A DNA stretch of 61,887 nt from Candidatus Omnitrophota bacterium. Its GTDB lineage: Bacteria > Omnitrophota > Gorgyraeia > Gygaellales > Profunditerraquicolaceae. Both the position numbers and the translations under genes were made by a program. Shown in pieces: positions 19,592-31,491 of the stretch (the first letter of the stretch is position 1; each line of letters starts with the position of its first letter). The stretch covers positions 1-61,887 of the forward strand of contig JAZDED010000024.1 in NCBI GenBank assembly GCA_043809145.1, written 5' to 3'. The notes beneath the pieces are model-generated. The model ran no database searches. It saw only the letters and a list, made by a program, of their open reading frames with translations, and was not told where the DNA came from.

Positions 19592-20875
19592 TTAATAAAA
19601 TTGCCCCTTCCTTATTATTCTCTTCGCCAGTGTCAACTCCTGGGCTTTTGTGCTTAAATGTGAATTTAATTTAGCGACAAATATAGCATCAAATATCAAT
19701 TTAAATTTCGGGCCAGGCCTCACCCCTAGCCTGCGCAGGTCATCTCCGGTTATATGCAAACGTAGGCCATGATAATAACAAAAAAAATCTTCCATGCGCC
19801 GGCGCAAAATCTTACTTGAGGAATTTGCCCGGATAAAAATAATCATCTCGTAGCTTAACGGTTCAAGAAGGTAAAATATTTTAGCAGGATTAAGAGCTCC
19901 GGACGACAATTCTTTAGAAATTTTGTCTCCCAACTCCTTATAAGCCAGTACTCGCTTTTCTTCACCTTTTCCAAAGACTAATTTTTTTAGCATATCTTTA
20001 GTTTTACTAAGGCTCAAACCCTTGATCAAAGCCATAAAATAAAGGAGCCAGGTATCAATCCCGCGGTGACTGGCACAGGCTCGGTCAAACCATTTTAACT
20101 CTCTCTTTAGTTTAAAGAAAATACGAGACTCAACCAAACTGCCAATACCCGGACTTATGCATTTCAATGCCCCCAGTCTATTTAATCTCCGGATATATTT
20201 AAATGGAACTGCCTCCTTTAATATTAGAATAAGCTCATCTCGCATCCTCTGTGGCTCTGTCTTAGAAAGTAATTGCTTTTCCACTGCCAGCTTTAATAGG
20301 CCATGAGTTAAGGGTTCGATTTTAAAATTGAACCTCTGCTCAAAACGCACTGCCCTGTATATCCGGGTGGGATCATCGATAAAACTTAGATTATGCAATA
20401 CCCTAATACTTTTATTCTTAAGGTCGCTTCTACCTTTAAAATAATCTATCAGATTGCCAAAATCATCAGCATTAATACTTATAGCCATTGCATTAATAGT
20501 AAAGTCCCTGCGGAATAAATCCTCCTTCAAAGACCCCTTTTCTACTACTGGCAGAGCTGCCGGCTGCGCATACGATTCTTTTCTGGCAGTAGCTATATCA
20601 ATCTTCTGCCCGTCTTTGAGCAATAACGTTGCCGTGCCAAAGCGCCTATGCCGCATAACCTTCGTTGCCCCTAACTTGCGGCCAAGCTGTTCGGCAAAAA
20701 TAATCCCCTCTCCTACAACGGTAATATCCAAATCATAATTATCCTCGCCTATAAGCAAGTCGCGCACAAAACCGCCCACCAGATAAGCCCTGACATCCAG
20801 GTCTCTAGCAGTCAAACTGGCCAGCTTAATTATTTTTTTTATTTCCTGCGGTAAATTTTCTAGGTATTTTTTCAT
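19592..20875 (-). CDS. cca: Class II tRNA nucleotidyltransferase (CCA- or A-adding)
   Basis: VGGFVRD, DLD, flexible loop ATARKESY, EDLFRRDFTINA, DDPTR. Confidence 0.85.
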   Translation of the reverse strand: MKKYLENLPQEIKKIIKLASLTARDLDVRAYLVGGFVRDLLIGEDNYDLDITVVGEGIIFAEQLGRKLGATKVMRHRRFGTATLLLKDGQKIDIATARKESYAQPAALPVVEKGSLKEDLFRRDFTINAMAISINADDFGNLIDYFKGRSDLKNKSIRVLHNLSFIDDPTRIYRAVRFEQRFNFKIEPLTHGLLKLAVEKQLLSKTEPQRMRDELILILKEAVPFKYIRRLNRLGALKCISPGIGSLVESRIFFKLKRELKWFDRACASHRGIDTWLLYFMALIKGLSLSKTKDMLKKLVFGKGEEKRVLAYKELGDKISKELSSGALNPAKIFYLLEPLSYEMIIFIRANSSSKILRRRMEDFFCYYHGLRLHITGDDLRRLGVRPGPKFKLIFDAIFVAKLNSHLSTKAQELTLAKRIIRKGQFY

Positions 20876-20897
20876 CTTATTTTCTACTTACCCCTTC

Positions 20898-21785
20898 CTA
20901 CGGACGAGGATGGAATTGCCTATGTATACTCTTTAACCGGTCCTTATTTATATGCGTATATAACTGGGTAGTGGATATGTTTGAATGTCCGAGCATCTCC
21001 TGCACCGAACGTAAATCTGCGCCTCTCTCCAAAAGATGCGTAGCAAAAGAATGCCTAAGGATATGCGGCCGAATGGGCTTTTTAATCCCTGCTTCTTTGG
21101 CGTAACGCTTGATAAGCTTCCAGAGTGACTGACGCGATATCTTAGCGCCAAAGCGATTCAGAAAAAGAAGATCTGATACCTTTTTTTTAGCTAGATGCGG
21201 CCGGCTCAACTCAAGATATCTCTTTATGCTGGTAATAGCTTTACTGCCTAAGGGAATAATGCGCTCTTTGTTGCCCTTACCGATACACCTTAAAAATCCC
21301 ACATCCAGGTTTACGTTATCCGTCTTAAGGCCTACTAATTCTGATGCCCGCATTCCTGTAGCATAAAGAGTCTCTATCATAGCCTTATCTCTTATACCCT
21401 GTTTATCTCTTACATTAGGCTGACTGATAAGCTCTTCTACTTCGTTAAGCGATAATGTCTCGGGAATCTTCTTCCAAAGCTTCGGCGATTCAATAAGGCT
21501 GGAAGGGTCACTCTTTAAGATCCTTTCCCTGACTAAAAAACGATAAAACATCCTGATCGCAGCCAGGCGCCTGGCCACAGAATTAGAATTAATCCCTTTA
21601 TCTTTCTGAAAAAACATAAAATCAGTAATATTATTCCTGGTGGCCTTGGCAAAACTATCAACGGAATGTTTTTTTAGAAAATCGGAATACTTAACCAGGT
21701 CACCCTGATAAGAAATAATAGTATTCTTTGAAAGACCGCGCTCAACCGATAAATAATTCATAAAAGCTTCGATTAATTCAATCAT
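20898..21785 (-). CDS. xerD: Tyrosine recombinase XerD
   Basis: VERGLS.NT, LYATGMRASEL, GKGNKER, HILRHSFATH, VQEMLGH, TQLYTH, HPR. Confidence 0.92.
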   Translation of the reverse strand: MIELIEAFMNYLSVERGLSKNTIISYQGDLVKYSDFLKKHSVDSFAKATRNNITDFMFFQKDKGINSNSVARRLAAIRMFYRFLVRERILKSDPSSLIESPKLWKKIPETLSLNEVEELISQPNVRDKQGIRDKAMIETLYATGMRASELVGLKTDNVNLDVGFLRCIGKGNKERIIPLGSKAITSIKRYLELSRPHLAKKKVSDLLFLNRFGAKISRQSLWKLIKRYAKEAGIKKPIRPHILRHSFATHLLERGADLRSVQEMLGHSNISTTQLYTHINKDRLKSIHRQFHPRP

Positions 21786-21827
21786 ATAAAATATTTTGTA
21801 TTTCTTTACCTCTATCTTTACCTATAT

Positions 21828-22448
21828 CTAGGCCAGGAAAGAGTTATTTTTCTTCTCTGCTCCGATAGTCGAGTCCGGTCCATGCCCAGGATAAAACCGT
21901 ATACCATCGCCTAAACCGAATATACCTTTTTTTATGGAATTAATCAACTGATGTTCGTCACCGTAAGGAAAATCTGTCCTGCCGACACCCTGATAAAAAA
22001 GGCTGTCTCCGGTAAATAAAATATTGTCTTGGGGTTTACGCATTAATAGCGCCATACCTCCCGGAGTATGCCCGGGCATATCAATTACCTGCAATTCTAT
22101 CCCTTCCAGACTAATGATATCTTTATCTTTAACTCCCCTGACATCCGCCTTAAGGGTAAAAGAAATACCCGCAAATCCCGACAAATTCAGGTTAGGGTCG
22201 TTTAAGAAATCGCGTTCCCTGTTATGTATATATACGGGAACAGAAAATTTATGCGCGCTGCCAATATGGTCAAAATGTCCGTGAGTAAGAATAACCAGGC
22301 CCGCGCGCAATTTATGCCTGGATAGAACTGCCCTGATCTTGGGCTCCTCATCACCAGGGTCGATTATTACCGCGCTTTGTGCGAATTTAGCCGCCAATAT
22401 ATAGCAATTGGTTTGCACAAAACCGACAACTACGCACTCTAATATCAT
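21828..22448 (-). CDS. MBL-fold metallo-hydrolase (glyoxalase II-like)
   Basis: THGHFDH, PGHTPG, FTGD, GRTD, PGHG. Confidence 0.9.
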   Translation of the reverse strand: MILECVVVGFVQTNCYILAAKFAQSAVIIDPGDEEPKIRAVLSRHKLRAGLVILTHGHFDHIGSAHKFSVPVYIHNRERDFLNDPNLNLSGFAGISFTLKADVRGVKDKDIISLEGIELQVIDMPGHTPGGMALLMRKPQDNILFTGDSLFYQGVGRTDFPYGDEHQLINSIKKGIFGLGDGIRFYPGHGPDSTIGAEKKNNSFLA

Positions 22449-22954
22449 AAAAAAGACCCCTTAATCTTCTCATAAGAAAAATCTCTTATAATATTCAACT
22501 TTATCTGCTCAGCAGTGAGGCGATTATAGGTAATATAAATTCCATAAGGGTCACGTTTGACCAATGCCTCTAAATCAGCCAATCTTTTAATCTGCCTTTC
22601 TAAAAATACCCTTTTATTCTCCGGCAATAATTTTTTAATTTCATCCAGATATTTAAACGCCTCCTTTAAACAATCTAATTGTTTTTTATGATTCATCATA
22701 GCCTTATCAGTAAGAGAACTGATTAATTCATCATGCCAGCTCTTCCAATAAAGAAAATTTTGGCGGTAAAGTTCGTCCCTGGGTTCTTGAAGCGCCTGAT
22801 ATACTTCCGGTATCAGGACTAATTCAGTTTTTTGATATTTATCTTTTTTAGGCTTGCGGGTAAATTTACGCACAAAGGCCTCACAACCCGTAAGACTGAT
22901 AACCATAAATATAATTAGTACATATTTGATAGTGCTTAGCACGTGCTGCTTCAT
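22445..22954 (-). CDS. Hypothetical lipoprotein
   Basis: Hydrophobic signal ending in LTGC lipobox; AGGAG RBS; 4-bp overlap with next gene. Confidence 0.7.
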   Translation of the reverse strand: MKQHVLSTIKYVLIIFMVISLTGCEAFVRKFTRKPKKDKYQKTELVLIPEVYQALQEPRDELYRQNFLYWKSWHDELISSLTDKAMMNHKKQLDCLKEAFKYLDEIKKLLPENKRVFLERQIKRLADLEALVKRDPYGIYITYNRLTAEQIKLNIIRDFSYEKIKGSFL

Positions 22955-23011
22955 TTGATCATCTCCTTATCCGCTTAAGCCGCTTAAATTTATCGGGTGA
23001 AAATCCCGTCC

Positions 23012-25739
<2,728 letters not shown>

Positions 25740-25742
25740 AGG

Positions 25743-26018
25743 TTATTCGAAACGGATTTCAAAATCTTTATATTCGCCGCTCGCCGCAAGCCACTGACTT
25801 TGCGTATCTTGAATATAACGGCTGAATTGGGTATTTATTTTTACTAAAAAACTTTTGAGGGCATCCTCTTCGGCCTCAGCTACAATTTCAACCCTGCCAT
25901 CACGCAAGTTGGCTACCCAACCACAGATACCGGTTTCGTCAGCAATTTCCCTGGCTGTATACCGAAAACCCACTCCCTGTACCTGGCCGCTAATATATAT
26001 ATGCAGCTGTTTTTTCAT
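25743..26018 (-). CDS. acyP: Acylphosphatase
   Basis: GQVQGVGFR and GWVAN..DGRVE motifs. Confidence 0.93.
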   Translation of the reverse strand: MKKQLHIYISGQVQGVGFRYTAREIADETGICGWVANLRDGRVEIVAEAEEDALKSFLVKINTQFSRYIQDTQSQWLAASGEYKDFEIRFE

Positions 26019-26087
26019 CTAAAACTTAAACATAGTAATTCCGGATAGTATACTCAAACGCCAGAAAAGAAAAACACTACGGGATAA

Positions 26088-26211
26088 ATTTAATCGGGGC
26101 GGACAGACTTGCCCGCCAAACTGCCTTGGCGGGTCCGCCACACTTTGTGGCGGAAACTTTTAAAGGACTTCTCTGTCCGCGTGCATCATTTAATCGGGGC
26201 GGACAGACTTG
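26088..26211. repeat. 24-bp direct repeat of tRNA-Pro 3' end enclosing two GC-rich REP-like hairpins
   Basis: ATTTAATCGGGGCGGACAGACTTG at 26088-26111 and 26188-26211; hairpins CCCGCCAA/TTGGCGGG (26112-26133) and TCCGCCACA/TGTGGCGGA (26134-26154). Confidence 0.85.
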
Positions 26212-26268
26212 AACTGTCGACCTCAACGTCCCGAACGTTGCGCTCTAGCCAAACTGAGCCACGCCCCG
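26194..26268 (-). tRNA. tRNA-Pro (anticodon CGG), CCA not encoded
   Basis: Cloverleaf: acceptor CGGGGCG/CGCCCCG, D arm GCTC/GAGC, anticodon arm CAACG-TTCGGGA-CGTTG, T arm GACAG-TTCAAGT-CTGTC. Confidence 0.96.
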
Positions 26269-26479
26269 TGATTTTCTATATTTTCTAATTACCAAAAAAG
26301 TCATCCCGAGCTTTTTATATAATTATTATTATAAGCAAGGGACAATATCAAACTTACCGGTCAAACACCTTACGTGTCTATTGTAATTACCAGTCAAAAA
26401 CGAAGTATATATTATTTGTTTAGTATAACAGAAAAAGGCGGGAAAAACAAGAATAGAAACTAAGGGAACAGTTCCTATC

Positions 26480-27043
26480 TTACCTTCTCTTGGCCAACAT
26501 ATCAAATTCAATATTGACCTTATGCGATGGGCCTTTGAATCCTAAGGTGGTATTCTTTAAGGTGTGCGGGATAATATAAACAGTAAAACTCGAAGATCTT
26601 TTATCGGCTATAGTCAGGCTAATGCCATCAACGGCAACCGAACCTTTAGGCAAAATGTAACACATGAACTTATTTGGTACAGCTATTTCAAACCCAAGGT
26701 TACCTTGCAGATAATTTTTCTTGCGGATAATTCCCAAGCAATCAACATGCCCGCTGACAAAGTGGCCGGATACCCTGTCTCCAACTTTTAAACTCCGCTC
26801 TAAATTTACCTTATCCCCAAATTTAAGCAAGCCCAGGTTAGTTACCTTGAGTGTCTCAGGAATAGCCTCAAAAGATAAAATCTCTTTCTTGATTATAGTA
26901 AGACACACCCCATTAACCGCAACACTATCGCCTATCTTAACATCTTCGGTTACTTTATCTGCCTTGATCTCAAGGACAGAATTATTTCCTATCCGGGAAA
27001 TCTTCCTGACTTCTCCAAGTTCTTCAATTATCCCCGAAAACAT
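26480..27043 (-). CDS. ribE: Riboflavin synthase (alpha chain)
   Basis: MFSGII N-terminus, GDSVAVNGVCLT, GHFVSGHVD, KGSVAVDGISLT. Confidence 0.96.
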   Translation of the reverse strand: MFSGIIEELGEVRKISRIGNNSVLEIKADKVTEDVKIGDSVAVNGVCLTIIKKEILSFEAIPETLKVTNLGLLKFGDKVNLERSLKVGDRVSGHFVSGHVDCLGIIRKKNYLQGNLGFEIAVPNKFMCYILPKGSVAVDGISLTIADKRSSSFTVYIIPHTLKNTTLGFKGPSHKVNIEFDMLAKRR

Positions 27044-27048
27044 AAGTG

Positions 27049-27347
27049 AGCAGATAACTTATGGAAGCAGCAAAGCTGCGACATAAGTTATAGACCTCCT
27101 CCTTTATTATTATGGCGTCTGCGAACTTATACCGCTCTTTTGGAATGAAGTAAATTTAGTAAATGTCCAAAAGGGCGGTCTTTAATTCAAGCAGATAACT
27201 TATGGAAGCAGCAAAGCTGCGACATAAGTTATAGACCTCCTCCTTTATTATTATGGCGTCTGCGAACTTATCCAGCACCTTTTAAGCATTCAGATATTAA
27301 AAGAATACTTATGAATTTAAATTATTGAGTTATTTAGAAGGTGCTGG
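27049..27347. repeat. Two identical 82-bp structured repeats, each followed by a different long hairpin
   Basis: Identical units 27049-27130 and 27190-27271; hairpins 27131-27179 and 27272-27347. Confidence 0.9.
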
Positions 27348-27348
27348 G

Positions 27349-28449
27349 TTAATTTATCGGATACCCTTCTATTAAAAAATCCTCTCCGAATCGCCTTAAT
27401 TTTATATCCCTTAACTTTATTGCCTGTTCAATGCGCGCTATGCCTTTGCCCATCACCGAGCTGGTAGCCTCTTTTCCTCCGATAATCTTGGGACTGATAA
27501 AAAACATAATCTTATCCACCAGTTTTTCGTCAAACAAAGAGCCGATAAGCGTTCCACCTCCTTCTACGAGTATAGAACTTATCTGGTCTTTAGCCAATTT
27601 TTTAAGCAAATCCTTGAGATTAATTTCTCCTGACTTCTCACTAACCTCTAAAATCCTAGCCTTTTGAGCCAGTATCCCGCGATTTTCAGTCTCTTGGCCA
27701 GGCCTCTTGGCTAAAGTAGCAATAATAACTTTACTTTTTTTATTAAATATATTTCCATCTTCAGGAGTACTCAGCTGACTATCTACCACGATCTTAATAG
27801 GATTCTTTTGGGCAAACCAGGAATCCAGCCTGGGATTATCTCTAAGAATAGTATTCACTCCCACCATAATAGCGTCATATTCACTGCGTAAACGGTGCGA
27901 ATAACCTCGCGATTTATCGGTAGTAATCCACTTGGAGTCACCGGTACGCGTAGCAATCTTGCCATCCAAAGATTGCGCGATTTTAACGGTAACAAAAGGC
28001 AATCTTTTAGTTATATTCTTTATAAATACCTCATTGAGATGGATTAATTCGCGCTCCAAAAAACCTACCTCTACCTTAATCTTCTGACTCCGGAGTATAT
28101 CCACCCCCTTACCATTATTTATGGGATTAGGGTCAAGCATACCTATAATAACTTCTTTAATACCGCTTCTGATAATCGTATCCACGCAGGGCGGAGTCCG
28201 GCCAAAATGCGCGCAAGGCTCCAAGCTCACATAAAGCCTTGAGCCTTTAGCCCTTTTACCAGCATCTTCTAAAGCCATGGCTTCGGCATGAGATGTTCCG
28301 GCTTTTTCGTGAAAACCCTTACCGATAATACGGCTGTCTTTTACTACCAAAGCTCCTACCATGGGATTAGGCATGGTCTTACCTTTGGCCTTAAGAGCCA
28401 GTTTTATACAGAGCCGCATATAAAAATTATGGTCTTTAAGTACACTCAC
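27349..28449 (-). CDS. ribD: Riboflavin biosynthesis deaminase/reductase
   Basis: PNPMVGA, HAE, LEPCAH...PPC, SLDGKIA, EGG. Confidence 0.96.
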   Translation of the reverse strand: MSVLKDHNFYMRLCIKLALKAKGKTMPNPMVGALVVKDSRIIGKGFHEKAGTSHAEAMALEDAGKRAKGSRLYVSLEPCAHFGRTPPCVDTIIRSGIKEVIIGMLDPNPINNGKGVDILRSQKIKVEVGFLERELIHLNEVFIKNITKRLPFVTVKIAQSLDGKIATRTGDSKWITTDKSRGYSHRLRSEYDAIMVGVNTILRDNPRLDSWFAQKNPIKIVVDSQLSTPEDGNIFNKKSKVIIATLAKRPGQETENRGILAQKARILEVSEKSGEINLKDLLKKLAKDQISSILVEGGGTLIGSLFDEKLVDKIMFFISPKIIGGKEATSSVMGKGIARIEQAIKLRDIKLRRFGEDFLIEGYPIN

Positions 28450-29261
28450 CTTCTAGCCTCTCTTATTTTATCCACAAATTTATAGGGAAGCCTTATGTCT
28501 CCTAATTTTACATCCGGCTTAACGCTCCCGTGAAAATCCGAACCTCCGGTAACTAAAAGTTTATTCTTATTAACGATATCCAGGTATTTACTGATCATTG
28601 CAGACGTATGCTCAGGATAATATATCTCTAACCCCATAATTCCAAAACCAATAAAATCCATAATCAGATTATTGTCACGCAATAGGTAGGGATGGGCAAG
28701 GATTGGCACGCCGCCGGCGTCTTTGATTAATTTTATAGCCTCCTGGGCGTTAAAACGAAAATTAAGCACAAAGGCCGGAGCCTTATCACCCAGATATCTA
28801 TCAAATGCCTCCCTTGTCGAACCGACCAAACCCTGAGCAACCATGGCCCGGGCAACATGGGGCCTACCTACGGTGCTGTTAAGCGCCAAATTAAAAACCT
28901 CTTCCACCGCTAAACAAATCCCCAGCCCCTTTAACTTCTCGGCTATTTTATATACGCGCTCGGCACGATTTTTTCTTAAAAATTCCAGTCTTGAAACAAA
29001 CTCCTTATTCTTATAATCAATAAAATATCCCAGGATATGTACTTCCATCTCCTTAAACTCACAACTAAGTTCTACTCCGGGAATGACTTCAATATTCTTC
29101 TGCCGGCCCAGGCTTATACAGGTTTGCAATCCGTCAACATTATCATGATCTACTACGGAGATTCCGGTAAAACCTATACGCGAGGACTCCTGAATCAATT
29201 TTTCCGGAGTATAGGTACTGTCAGAGAATGTCGTATGTAAATGTAAATCCGCAAACTTCAT
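28446..29261 (-). CDS. PHP-domain phosphoesterase (TrpH/YciV-like)
   Basis: DLHLHT..SD, DH, GVE, HILGY, GRPHVA, AHP, GGSDFHG. Confidence 0.9.
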   Translation of the reverse strand: MKFADLHLHTTFSDSTYTPEKLIQESSRIGFTGISVVDHDNVDGLQTCISLGRQKNIEVIPGVELSCEFKEMEVHILGYFIDYKNKEFVSRLEFLRKNRAERVYKIAEKLKGLGICLAVEEVFNLALNSTVGRPHVARAMVAQGLVGSTREAFDRYLGDKAPAFVLNFRFNAQEAIKLIKDAGGVPILAHPYLLRDNNLIMDFIGFGIMGLEIYYPEHTSAMISKYLDIVNKNKLLVTGGSDFHGSVKPDVKLGDIRLPYKFVDKIREARR

Positions 29262-29289
29262 CCCGCACCTTTTGTATATTTATATGGAT

Positions 29290-29709
29290 TTATTTTTTTA
29301 TATCTGATTTAATTTTATCCAAAATCCCGTTTACAAATTTTGCAGCCTGGACATCAGAATATTTCTTAGCCAACTCTACGGCTTCGTTTATGGAGACCTT
29401 AGATGGAATATCCTGGCAGTATATAATTTCGTAGGCAGCCAGGCGCATAATATTACGGTCAACCTTGGCCATTCGGTCCAGCCTCCAATTGGTGGCCAGC
29501 CCGGATATCTTCTTGTCGATTTCAGCCAAATGTCCGATTACCCCCTTAACAAGCCCTTGAGTAAAATCTTTAACTTCCAAGGCTATATCCTCATCAGGCA
29601 ATCGTTGCCAAAAAAACATTATTACCGCATCAATATCACTATCCCGGGTAATATCCAGTTGATAAAGGATCTGTAATGCAAATTCCCTGGACTTGGTCCT
29701 TTTTCTCAT
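29290..29709 (-). CDS. nusB: Transcription antitermination factor NusB
   Basis: Arg-rich N-terminus, [25 protein letters not shown]. Confidence 0.96.
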   Translation of the reverse strand: MRKRTKSREFALQILYQLDITRDSDIDAVIMFFWQRLPDEDIALEVKDFTQGLVKGVIGHLAEIDKKISGLATNWRLDRMAKVDRNIMRLAAYEIIYCQDIPSKVSINEAVELAKKYSDVQAAKFVNGILDKIKSDIKK

Positions 29710-30170
29710 ATCTTATCCACTAAATTAACCATCTCGATAGCGCTCATAGCCGCGTCCTTACCCTTATTGCCGTCCTTGGTTCCGGCTCGTTCAATCGCCT
29801 GTTCAATAGTATCCGCAGTAATAATCCCGAAAATAACCGGCATTCCGGAATTTAAGCACACGCTGGCTACGCCCTTAGCCACTTCAGAAGCAATATAATC
29901 AAAATGCGGAGTAGCCCCTCTTATAACTGTACCCAGGCAAATAATAGCGTCGTACTTCTTGGTATTGGCCATCTTCTGGGCAACAACTGCAATCTCAAAG
30001 GCTCCGGGAACCTTAGCTACGGCCAAATCATTTTCACTTGCGCCGTGCCTGATTAATGTATCTAAGCAACCATTAATGAGTTCTTTGGTGATAAAATCAT
30101 TGAACCGAGAAGCGACTATCCCAAATTTCTTTCCTTTAGCAATCAACTCACCTTCTAGCATTTTAGCCAT
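29706..30170 (-). CDS. ribH: Lumazine synthase
   Basis: [34 protein letters not shown]. Confidence 0.97.
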   Translation of the reverse strand: MAKMLEGELIAKGKKFGIVASRFNDFITKELINGCLDTLIRHGASENDLAVAKVPGAFEIAVVAQKMANTKKYDAIICLGTVIRGATPHFDYIASEVAKGVASVCLNSGMPVIFGIITADTIEQAIERAGTKDGNKGKDAAMSAIEMVNLVDKI

Positions 30171-30199
30171 CTTTTTCCCCCATTTTTGTTAATACTGCT

Positions 30200-31411
30200 T
30201 TAGTTTATGTTCAAATTATGGCCAAGCTTTTCTTTCTTGGTCTTTAGATAATTATAATTAAGCCGATGTGGCTCTGTCTCCAACGGCAACGCTTGAGTTA
30301 TCTTCAGCCCGTAACCCTCCAGGCCCACCACTTTCTTGGGATTATTAGTCAATAGCCGGATCTGGCGCATACCTAAATCCACCAGAATCTGCGCTCCTAT
30401 ACCGTAATTCCTTAAGTCAGGTTCATAGCCCAAAGCTGTATTTGCTTCTACAGTATCCAAACCTTTATCCTGCAAGTTATAAGCTCGGATTTTATCTACC
30501 AGCCCTATACCACGGCCTTCTTGAGCCATATACAGGATAACCCCACAACCTTCATTCTTAATAATCTGCATTGCTTTTTTAAGCTGCCTTCCGCAGTCGC
30601 AACGCAGCGACCCCAGGGCATCACCTGTAAGGCATTCTGAATGCACTCTTACTAAAACTGACTCATCTTTCAGATTCCCCATAACCAATGCAGTATGCAC
30701 CTTATTTTCTATTAGATCCCGATAAAGAATAATTCTGTAATTACCGTATTCCGTCGGGAGATCCGCCTCGCATACCCTCTCTACCATTTTTTCTAAACGC
30801 CGGCGGTATTCAATAAGGCTGGCTATAGAACAGATTTTGAGGCTATGAGTTTTAGCAAAATCCATTAACTGCGGAAATCTAGCCATACTGCCGTCATCAT
30901 TCATAATCTCGCATATGACTCCGGCAGGAAATAAACCGGCTAAACGAGCCAGATCCACTGCTGCTTCAGTATGTCCGGCGCGAACTAAAACCCCTCCCTT
31001 ACGCGCTTGCAAAGGAAATATATGACCTGGCCGAATCAAATCTTCAGGTTTAGAGTGTGGATTAATCAAAACCTCGATTGTCCTGGCCCGATCAAAGGCA
31101 GATATTCCGGTAGTAACCATGCTTGCGGCATCTACAGACACAATCCAGGCAGTAGAATAGTGATCACCGCTTCCCTTTTGCTTCATTAGTTCAAGCATAG
31201 GATGTAAATCTAATTGTTGTAACTTATTTTCTTCCATAGGCACGCAAATAAGCCCTCGGCCAAACTTAGCCATAAAATTTATATGTTCAGCATTGGCAAA
31301 GGACGCAGCCATGAGCAGATCGCCTTCGTTCTCACGATCTTGTCCATCAACCACAATTACCATTTTCCCCTTTTTTAAATCTTCTAGAATTTCAGGTATA
31401 TTATTGAGCAT
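30200..31411 (-). CDS. ribBA: DHBP synthase / GTP cyclohydrolase II
   Basis: RENEGD, TGISA.DRA, RPGHIFPL, GHTEA, RVHSECLTGD..GSLRCDC, QEGRGIG. Confidence 0.97.
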   Translation of the reverse strand: MLNNIPEILEDLKKGKMVIVVDGQDRENEGDLLMAASFANAEHINFMAKFGRGLICVPMEENKLQQLDLHPMLELMKQKGSGDHYSTAWIVSVDAASMVTTGISAFDRARTIEVLINPHSKPEDLIRPGHIFPLQARKGGVLVRAGHTEAAVDLARLAGLFPAGVICEIMNDDGSMARFPQLMDFAKTHSLKICSIASLIEYRRRLEKMVERVCEADLPTEYGNYRIILYRDLIENKVHTALVMGNLKDESVLVRVHSECLTGDALGSLRCDCGRQLKKAMQIIKNEGCGVILYMAQEGRGIGLVDKIRAYNLQDKGLDTVEANTALGYEPDLRNYGIGAQILVDLGMRQIRLLTNNPKKVVGLEGYGLKITQALPLETEPHRLNYNYLKTKKEKLGHNLNIN

Positions 31412-31417
31412 AAAATT

Positions 31418-31445
31418 AAAAACCCGAAGTAGTGTCTTCGGGATT
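31418..31445 (-). terminator. Riboswitch expression-platform terminator
   Basis: CCCGAAG-ACACTA-CTTCGGG then TTTTT just before ribBA ATG; its 5' arm is complementary to the aptamer 5' strand TCTTCGGG (antiterminator). Confidence 0.8.
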
Positions 31446-31491
31446 ATATTTTACTGCCTTTTTTTAGGCAAATCACTACACCTTAGTAGCA

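Noticed and set aside
20898-21785. Prophage or island integrase acting on the tRNA-Pro duplication
   Set aside because: Sequence is typical housekeeping XerD among core genes; no phage genes nearby.
22961-23000. Tandem CCGCTTAA duplication upstream of the lipoprotein gene
   Set aside because: Only two 8-bp copies; not distinguishable from chance or slippage.
26329-26511. 60-aa ORF containing KIGTVP
   Set aside because: Overlaps ribE and translates a REP-like palindrome plus AT-rich promoter DNA.
27049-27347. CRISPR array or integron attC cassettes
   Set aside because: Repeats are 82 bp with only two copies, spacers are self-complementary, there are no cas genes or IntI, and no clear RYYYAAC/GTTRRRY ends. 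Kept as an unexplained repeat.
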